DNA of 63,879 nucleotides, counting the filler, from Licmophora abbreviata (taxonomy: Eukaryota): NCBI GenBank assembly GCA_900291995.1. It is 8 parts of 8 records of this genome, joined end to end, with 100 filler letters (N's around TTAATTAATTAA, not from the genome) between each part and the next. Parts side by side here need not be neighbours in the genome. Positions count along the whole stretch, not along the records: positions 45,871 to 56,811 come from OLMU01003680.1; positions 56,912 to 58,619 come from OLMU01003681.1; positions 58,720 to 63,879 come from OLMU01003682.1; 5 more parts are not named here. One strand, 5' to 3'. This document shows, one piece after another, positions 55,991 through 63,879 of this stretch. The first letter of the stretch is position 1; every line of letters begins with the position of its first letter. Position numbers and translations under genes: made by a program. The notes under the pieces are model-generated. The model made no database searches, had not been told where the DNA came from, and was given only the letters and a program-made list of their open reading frames with translations.

Positions 55991-56692
55991 ATGACATCCT
56001 CCTTTCAACAGATTGCTCCGCAGGATCTCAAAGAGATTCAATCTCTGCCTGGAAATGAAGTCTGCATCGACTGCAACACGCGCTCTCCGGAATGGGCCAG
56101 CGTCAAGTTTGCGACCGTCTTTTGTCTCGAATGCAGCGGCATTCATCGGTGCGTCTTATTGAATTGATAGAAGTGTGTGTATGAAAAACAGAACAATGTC
56201 GAACAAGGAGCGTTTTTGTATTGACTTTTCTCGTACCGCGGCGCTATATTCCTCAGCTCCCTCGGAACGCACATTGACTTTGTTCGATCCTTGCTAATGG
56301 ACTCATGGAGTCAGGAACAGCTCCAAGTAATGAAGATGGGCGGAAATAAGGCGTTCCAAGACTTTCTGCTCAAGCACGGAGTTCGGTATGACAGCAACGA
56401 CGAAACTGCGACACGCCGCGACCGCATTACAACGGCCTACACGTGCCCCGCTGCCGTCTTGTACAAACAAGTCTTGCAAGCGCGATTGCAAGGCAAACCG
56501 GAACCGACCAAACTTCCTCCCAAAGAAAATAATTCTTCTACGGGCAACAAGACGAAACCTGCTCGAAAAATGGAAGGCTTTGGATCGTCGCCAGTACCGC
56601 CACGGAAACGGCCGTTGAGACGTACCGCGGCCCTAATCCTCGCTCCTGCGACGGTGGTCGTTGTTGGAGTCGCTGCGTGGTATTGGAAGTAA
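55991..56692 (+). CDS. small ArfGAP protein with a C-terminal hydrophobic tail; intron 56149-56256
   Basis: Exon 1 (not in the ORF track) gives PGNEVCIDC...PEWASV...CLECSGIHR; exon 2 gives SLGTHIDFVRSLLMDSW...MKMGGN. The protein ends AALILAPATVVVVGVAAWYWK. Confidence 0.88.
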
Positions 56693-57156
56693 TCCTACGG
56701 TATCATTACAGAACCAGGAACCAGTCGAGGCGCTCGACGTGAACGTCGTCCAAGACGAATTGTCAGTCTCTTCAGTGCGTCTGGTGCTAGCTCAGTTCGA
56801 TTATGCTAGTTNNNNNNNNNNNNNNNNNNNNNNNNNNNNNNNNNNNNNNNNNNNNTTAATTAATTAANNNNNNNNNNNNNNNNNNNNNNNNNNNNNNNNN
56901 NNNNNNNNNNNGAAATGTGCTAAGCAGAAGCTAGAAGTGGATATGGGTTAGAAAGCCGAGTTCCGTTAGCAAACGTGTGGCCCCGAGATCTGTGACGTCT
57001 GCTAATACTTACTTGTATAGCATGCAGACACTTCCACACTTCGAAACTAAAAAAATGTAGCCTACTACTATCATGATACTCGGTGGTCATCTTGTTTTGT
57101 ATGCAGTCTATAGGTATGTGTATCTTTAAAAACTAGGCTCCTACCTGGTATCACAC

Positions 57157-57561
57157 TCAGGCTGCCATGGCCATTTCCAGTTGCCCTTCTTCCGTTTTTC
57201 GCTGCTGTTGTGTCAACGTGGTCGAGGTACCGCCAGTAGGGCGTGTTCTGGATCCAGACTCGTCGTCTTCTTCCGCACTACTACTACTACTACTACTACT
57301 TTGACAGATTCTCGTATTGACGGCACGTCGCTTCATTTCTCGTACACGAGCTCGTGTCTTGCGTGTCAAGCTGATGATATCTTCCGTTCGGAAACGACGG
57401 TAGTCGTCGTCGTTGTACGAAAGTGCTTGGATATCGGCGGCGTTGTATCGCTCGATCGTGAAGACTTCTGTGACGGCTGCAAACCGAATGCGGGTTTGCT
57501 GTTGACGAGACGAAGCATTTGTAGGTGCGCTACTGTCGTTGCTGTTCTTGGAGGATGTCAT
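57157..57561 (-). CDS. small hypothetical protein (RIRF...LSYNDDDYRRFR pattern, which I associate with diatom orphan families)
   Basis: ATG ORF with RIRFAAVTEVFTIER; RxRF is RVxF-like. Confidence 0.55.
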   Translation of the reverse strand: MTSSKNSNDSSAPTNASSRQQQTRIRFAAVTEVFTIERYNAADIQALSYNDDDYRRFRTEDIISLTRKTRARVREMKRRAVNTRICQSSSSSSSSAEEDDESGSRTRPTGGTSTTLTQQQRKTEEGQLEMAMAA

Positions 57562-58719
57562 GATGTGTCCAGGATGGTGTGATGAGAGTGTTGTGTTGGT
57601 TGTTTTGTGTGAGCAAACGGAGGCGCGCCACGAGAGAAAGTGAGATGCAGTCATTTCGGTCTTGGCATTCTGACTGTCACAGTCTTCAATGACGATGCCT
57701 GAGCATTATTATTTATTCATTTACATAAGCTTGTATAAAGTCATCGTGGTCACTTTGAGATATCATGACTTTTCTGTCGGTCACTGAAGTCTTAGCAAAA
57801 GGCATGCCTTGATAAGCCTGAAAATGACTTGGTCATTTTGATTGCACACATAACGGCCCAGACAAACATCACACATCAGACGGTTCACTCACAATTTGGA
57901 CGAGCCAGGCGAACAAAGCGTTTCCTACTGCACTCTATCGGCTGCCGCAGTCCTTGGTACAAAGATCATCCACATGAAGCCCCATCCTCCATCAACATTC
58001 ACAGGAAACAGCACTGCTGGTCGCCCACATGGTCGGACCGTCCCAACCTCAATGACACAGCAGGCCTCTTCGTCGTCGACGGCAGGATGGTCGAAACGCA
58101 CCACGTTGATTGGAACCATCCAAGAACGTGTCCGTCAGTTCAAGAGCAAGAAAGAACCCGCTGTATCCTCTTCCTCTAACATGATGATGACGATGATGAG
58201 TACTTCCGAGTCGGAATGGAATCCTACGATCCCTGCAGTGGTGTAGTGTTGGAAGCGTCGCACTTTCGCGAGCAAGTAGAAGAGAAGAGTCTGACTATAA
58301 GCTCTGATTGTCAAAAAGATAAAAGTGAGGCGACCACCCTGTATTCTTGGGAAGTGGCCTAGCTATCATCGTACTACAACACTGGAAGGTACAAGCTGCA
58401 GCAGAACAAAGAGCGATGTGACTGCTGAGTCTACTACTAATGTCACGCACCCACGACGACCTGATTATAAACTAGTAGTATCATACTGTAGCTTGCATCC
58501 TTTGATACTACGAAACGACATTCGAACGTGTACTCTAGGTTAGCTATGAAACTTAGAGAGGTAGCAAGTAGTAGACCCTCCCTCTACCACAGGTGCAGTA
58601 TCTGCACCACACCTGTGTCNNNNNNNNNNNNNNNNNNNNNNNNNNNNNNNNNNNNNNNNNNNNTTAATTAATTAANNNNNNNNNNNNNNNNNNNNNNNNN
58701 NNNNNNNNNNNNNNNNNNN

Positions 58720-58757
58720 GAGTCGAGTCAGTCTGAGTCGAGTGAGTCTAGTCTTGA
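58720..58757. repeat. GAGTC pentamer tract at a contig edge
   Basis: gagtcgagtcagtctgagtcgagtgagtctagtcttga. Confidence 0.6.
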
Positions 58758-59062
58758 CGGACCACGAAGAACAGAAAAAGCCGTAGACGCTCTAATTCAA
58801 GAGTTTACGTAGCTTGAGTACTGAATCGTACGCATCGGTCATTTTTTATCTGTCAGATTTGGACCCACTCTGAAAGCTTGACAGAGATGTCGTGATCTTC
58901 TTGCTGCTACGAAGTACTTGTATGAAGTATCATCAGTGCAAGCAGCAAGCAACAACAAAAAACCGTTATCATCACACAGCACCGCGAGGAGATACTCTCA
59001 AGTGTGGCTTTCAGTGTCTCTTTGTTCTTTCCGCCCCTCATTCTTCCTCTGTATAGACTAGC

Positions 59063-60854
59063 ATGTCTCGCTCTCTGCTGGGCCCTCGTGCTCGCGCGTT
59101 GTATCCCCCGTCTCATCGCGAACAGCAGCAGCCGGGTCTCGCACAGCGCCGCGGGGTGCCTGCTTCTGCTGGTACCACGATCCTGTCTACTTCTGTTTCG
59201 GCCGCTTCGTTCTTCAGTCGCCAGTCTCTTCTCGTGCTCTGCTGTGGTATACTGGTCGGATACCTACTGCTCCCCATGCTCCTGGTGCAGCACTTGGGCT
59301 TTGACGATCTTCCCATGCCGAAGCAGCACAGTCGAGCTACCACGACTTTCCCCGGCCCGGCTACGGGGATGCCCGCGACCAACAAGGAAAAGAAGGCTGC
59401 TCGACTGGGTTCCTTGACTTCTGCTGCTGCTGCTACTACTAGTACAGACCCCACTACTGGACGGAACCTCCTTCCCACCAATGGCGATACAGAAACAACA
59501 ACGACGACAAGCACCGCCGTCCCGGACGTTTCCAAACTGTCCCCTGCCGAACAGCGCATCGTCGAAGACCGCAGCGTCCTGTCCAAACAGAGTCTTCCGA
59601 CTTCCACTACTCCCCAGATCCTCAAGACGAACAACCTCTCCGATCACAAGCGCAAGAAGATCCTCGTCACCGGCGGGGCGGGATTTGTGGGCAGTCACCT
59701 CGTGGACAAGCTCATGATGGAGGGACACGAAGTCATTGTCGTGGATAACTTCTTTACGGGACAAAAGAAGAACATTGCACACTGGCTGCATCATCCCAAT
59801 TTCAGGTATGTACAGAAATAGTGCAGTGCGGTGAAAGTATAGTGTATTCGTCGTCGTCAAGCAAAAAGTCACTCACTCACACTACTAACATCACCACTTC
59901 TCTCACAGTCTCGTGGTCCACGACGTGACGGAAGCCATCATTTTGGAATGCGACGAGATTTACCATCTCGCATGTCCCGCCTCTCCCCCTCACTATCAGT
60001 ACAATCCCGTCAAGACCATCAAGACCTCCACCATGGGCACTCTCAACATGCTCGGACTCGCCAAGCGCGTCCGCGCCAAGATCCTCCTCACCTCCACGAG
60101 CGAGATTTACGGCGATCCACAGGTTCATCCGCAGCACGAGTCCTACTGGGGGAATGTCAATACCATCGGACCGCGCTCGTGCTATGATGAAGGCAAGCGG
60201 GTGGCCGAAACCATGATGTACTCCTATCGGAACCAGAACAATGTGGATGTCCGAGTGGCGCGCATCTTCAATACGTTTGGTACGAATACTAGTAGTTGTG
60301 TGACACTGATTTGTTTTGCAAATGTGGTCAACTTGCAAGCATGAATCTCTCACGTTCAACTGTTTCTCTTCTTCTTCTTCTTCTTCTTCATCATTGCAGG
60401 CCCGAGAATGCACCCCAACGACGGACGTGTCGTGTCCAACTTTATCATTCAGAGCTTGCAGAACAAGCCCATTACCATTTACGGACAAGGACAGCAGACA
60501 CGCTCGTTTCAGTATGTCAGTGATCTAGTGAACGGTCTCTACGCCCTCATGAATGGAAACTATGACTTGCCCGTCAATCTTGGCAATCCCGACGAGTACT
60601 CTGTCAAGGACTTTGCCGCCTACATCAAGAAGATGACGGGCAGTCAGTCGGAAATTCAGTTCTTGGAAAAGTCGCAGGACGATCCTTCGCAGCGTCGGCC
60701 CGATATCAGTACTGCCAAGCGAGAACTCGGCTGGGCTCCCAATGTGACAGTTGAAGGTGGACTGAAGCAAACCATCTCGTACTTTCAGCGAGTTTTGGAC
60801 GAAGCAGGAGAAATCATTCCGACGGGACCGGGTGCGGCCAAGCCGGAAGCGTGA
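59063..60854 (+). CDS. UXS1: UDP-glucuronate decarboxylase (UDP-xylose synthase), type II membrane form; introns 59806-59908 and 60280-60399
   Basis: [56 protein letters not shown] and [11 protein letters not shown]-terminal transmembrane segment. Confidence 0.95.
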
Positions 60855-61044
60855 GAGATTACGTGTATTTCACAACGTAGGAACTGTGCTTGTTGCGTGT
60901 GTGCTATTGGTACTTTATAGTGATTAGTCAAACAGGATCGAGGCACGGGGCAACAACGTAGTCTTGCGAAATCACATGCAATCTCAGTCCTTTCCGGCAT
61001 CCCGTCTGTCGCGGCCGAAGGTTCTCGTCGCTCTTCACACTCCC

Positions 61045-61156
61045 TGACTCGACTCAGAGTTCTCGACTGGTCCGACTTCAACTGTCGACGTTCTCGACTA
61101 GACCGACTCGACTCGACTCAATCAGCTCATGATTCGACTTGACTCATTCGACTAGG
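61045..61156. repeat. CGACT pentamer-rich tract
   Basis: About nine CGACT copies in about 110 bp, including gaccgactcgactcgactca. Confidence 0.65.
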
Positions 61157-61322
61157 CGCTTGCGCCATCAAAACTCCGAACAGACTTCGGAAGATCTGTA
61201 TAGTAGAAGATGAAGATCTCGCGAAGGGAACAAGATCGCAAATTGAAAATGGATGGATTCGTGCAGAATGATACCCCACTGCATAGCGTACCCTGTAGCT
61301 TGACAGACAAACGAAGCAAATC

Positions 61323-63068
61323 ATGATCCCTCGGTTTGCAGTCACCGTCACCATGACAACAGCAAGGACAGCGGGCTCCAATTTTTCGTGGACGAGGGGG
61401 AGCGTTGCTTCCGCTCGACGAAGTCTGGTAAAAAGCCACAGAACGACATCCACCACGTCCCTGCTACCAGGTGGAACGGCCCGGTCATCCTTTCGATCCT
61501 TTTCTTCTACTTCTTCATCCTCATCCTCGTCAATATTATTGGACAAAGAAGACGGTCTGGATGATCTTTGTCAAAAACACATGGAACTCTCCGCGGAAGA
61601 CTTCGGTCGAGGCTGTCGCTTCCTTCACCAAGTCGCACTTGGAATTTCCCCCTCGGAGCTCGAACTCATGCTCCAGGATCATCCGAACTTGATCAATTTC
61701 CGCGATTACGATCGTCGCACGGCCCTCCACGTGGCCGCGAGCGAAGGACACGACACGACCTGCTCCCTGCTGCTGGCGCACGGTGCCAAATTGAATCGCA
61801 GCGATCGCTGGGGCGGATCGCCCTTGGACGATGCGCATCGGCATCGACACGGTCGTGTCATTACCATACTGCGAGAGGCCGGGGGGAGATTCGGAAGTCC
61901 CTCGCAGGCCAATAATTTCATAACTGCGGCGTCAGAAGGGGACGTGGAAGAGGTCAAGGCGCTGTTGGAGTTTGGGAATATCGATTTGAACAAGGGTGAC
62001 TATGACAAACGCACGGCACTGCATCTCGCCGCGGGAGAAGGGCACGTCGAAGTTGTCAAGCTCCTCTGTGAGGCAGGAGCTGATGTCAATGTAAAAGATC
62101 GATGGGGAAGTCGTCCTTTGGATGATGCCAAGAACAATAAAGATAGTAACAAGACAGCTGGAGCGAGAGGGTGCGTGCAACTATTGGAACAGCGTGGAGC
62201 CAAGTCGTCCATGGCGGTGGGTACGGGGCAAGAGGCTATACTGGATCTGATGCATCAGTACGGCAAGGTACGGGATGGAGTTCTGTCGATGGACTGGCAT
62301 GATGTCAAGGATCTTCTGAGAGGTATTGGAGAAGAGCCCACCGACGAAGTAGTCAAGAAGCTCTTTGAGGTGGCCGACGTGGATAAGAAGGGTTTAATCG
62401 ACACGGAAGAGTTTGTTGCGAACAGTGATACCTTCCTTGGTGGACGGCCCGCGAGGATTATTCTAGTCGTCGGCGGACCAGGCTCTGGGAAAGGAGTACT
62501 CAGTGAACGACTCGTGAAGGAGTGCGGTGTGGTACACTTGTCATCCGGAGATTTGTTGAGAAATGAAGTCGCGGAAGGGACGGCATTAGGACAGCAGGTG
62601 GATGAAATCATGAAACGTGGCGAGTTGGTGAGCTCGGCCATCATGGTGACACTCATGAAGAAACAAATGAAGGATCACCCCGGAAAGCGCATCTTGCTCG
62701 ACGGATTTCCGCGGTCACAGGAGAATGCTCAAGATCTCGTGGCTCTCTGTGGCAAACCCGAACTGGCGCTGCAGCTAGCGTGTGATGATACCGTGCTGTT
62801 GGAGCGAATCATGAAGCGCAGTCAGAGCGGCAAACGAGCCGATGACAATCTGGAGACAGCCATTCAACGAATTCGAAACTATCACAAGTATCACCACATC
62901 ACACTGGACTTTCTCCGAGCAGAGACCGTCCCCATTGTCTTTTTGGATTGCAGCGCGACGGCAGACGGTGTGTGGGAACAGTTGCAAGCGATTGGTCGAT
63001 TGATGAGATCGTCCGTTAGACTACCGAACGAGCAGAACGCTTCTTCTGATTTTGAGATTCCCTCCTAA
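61323..63068 (+). CDS. ankyrin-repeat + EF-hand + adenylate/UMP-CMP kinase fusion with a mitochondrial-type presequence
   Basis: ANK: DYDRRTALHVAASEGH, DRWGGSPLDDA and DYDKRTALHLAAGEGH. EF loop: DVDKKGLIDTEEF. Kinase: GGPGSGKG, HLSSGDLLR, LLDGFPR and RADDN. Confidence 0.9.
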   Translation: MIPRFAVTVTMTTARTAGSNFSWTRGSVASARRSLVKSHRTTSTTSLLPGGTARSSFRSFSSTSSSSSSSILLDKEDGLDDLCQKHMELSAEDFGRGCRFLHQVALGISPSELELMLQDHPNLINFRDYDRRTALHVAASEGHDTTCSLLLAHGAKLNRSDRWGGSPLDDAHRHRHGRVITILREAGGRFGSPSQANNFITAASEGDVEEVKALLEFGNIDLNKGDYDKRTALHLAAGEGHVEVVKLLCEAGADVNVKDRWGSRPLDDAKNNKDSNKTAGARGCVQLLEQRGAKSSMAVGTGQEAILDLMHQYGKVRDGVLSMDWHDVKDLLRGIGEEPTDEVVKKLFEVADVDKKGLIDTEEFVANSDTFLGGRPARIILVVGGPGSGKGVLSERLVKECGVVHLSSGDLLRNEVAEGTALGQQVDEIMKRGELVSSAIMVTLMKKQMKDHPGKRILLDGFPRSQENAQDLVALCGKPELALQLACDDTVLLERIMKRSQSGKRADDNLETAIQRIRNYHKYHHITLDFLRAETVPIVFLDCSATADGVWEQLQAIGRLMRSSVRLPNEQNASSDFEIPS

Positions 63069-63750
63069 GACACGGAAAGCTTTTTGTATGGAGCTTGGTT
63101 GTATGCAATAACACACTACATTGTTATCAGATATATTCGAACATTATGGCCGGCTAGATTTAGCTAGGCGGTGCAACCTCTCATAACGTGCGCTGTATGA
63201 TAGCGCCGAATCGGTGAGTTCCGGATTTCCACGCGCTAGGGTGCCTTCAGAAGAATAATGCATTCCCATCAGCGACATCACCATCATGGCACTGGTGAAC
63301 AAGCAGCACACGGTTTGCTCAAGAATATCTGGTACGGTCGTCTTGGTGTTCTTCAGCACAAGCGATGTTTTGCTGAACACACGCGTGATCCGCAGGATGA
63401 GGAAGGTTGCGATACCATCCGACGGCAATGCGATGCCATCCGATTTTCAGCCGAGGACCAACACGACGGTTTGTCTCTTCAATCACTATCCACTTCTTCG
63501 GCGCGATGTGGTGATAGTTGATGGCATATCGTTCATTCACTATCAGATTCTCTGATTGTGATTTTAATTATCGAAGTCACCTATTTCAATCACATTTGAA
63601 ATCACGCAGTCCACCTTCACGTTTGTGCTTGACATCATGAACACCAACTTTTCGCTGCTCACATTTCCATCAGACCGTTGTTGTCAAAGGTCGCGAACCC
63701 AACATTTCCAAGCTCAAACTTCTATCAAAGATTGTCTCAAGTCCAACACT

Positions 63751-63879
63751 ATGAAGATGACCACCAATCGCATCCTCCTTGCCATGGCTTCTCTCGTCTT
63801 CTGGATGGCAACGTCGGCTGATGCCAAATGCTGCCGCAAGAAGGGTCAAACCATGGTAGCATCTGCAGTGACATGCCCC
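63751..63879 (+). CDS. 5' end of a probable secreted Cys-containing protein (runs off the window)
   Basis: MKMTTNRILLAMASLVFWMATSADA|KCCRKKGQ... is a signal peptide in an open frame. Confidence 0.55.
   Translation, partial: MKMTTNRILLAMASLVFWMATSADAKCCRKKGQTMVASAVTCP

Noticed and set aside
57896..58246. short plus-strand ORF (MKPHPPSTF...)
   Set aside because: Low complexity and short, so there is not enough evidence to call it, although it may be a small real gene.

Overview
This is gene-dense eukaryotic nuclear DNA, most likely from a diatom. The evidence is short GT-AG introns, ASAFAP-like bipartite plastid presequences, diatom-type 'YRDLKPxNIGFD' kinases, an HSF and a DUF6824-like domain, and secreted proteins with RxL motifs and P/S-rich repeats. 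About 38 protein-coding genes are recognisable. They include a PWWP-like/HDAC protein, HSF, CBS protein, PLGRKT-like protein, DUF1996 with ShK-like repeats, an Aurora-like kinase, GlnRS with a C-terminal tRNA-binding OB fold, three other kinases, a Cys-less GPx-fold protein, a degenerate ARFRP1-like GTPase, RCC2-like protein, WBP11, a TauD dioxygenase, an RRM protein, oligopeptidase B, DUF3110, RPS20, a plastid front-end desaturase, a tail-anchored ArfGAP, UXS1 and an ankyrin/EF-hand/adenylate-kinase fusion. Seven 100-nt synthetic scaffold spacers (N44-TTAATTAATTAA-N44) interrupt the window. I see no rRNA, tRNA, CRISPR array or transposon. The most notable observations are a small spliced RxL-processed secreted peptide precursor, the ANK-EF-ADK fusion, several apparent pseudo-enzymes, a two-part E2F-type promoter module shared by two orphan genes, dispersed CGACT/AGTCG-rich intergenic tracts, and two single-base frame breaks in otherwise intact genes. 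All family calls come from motif recognition by eye, not from database searches.
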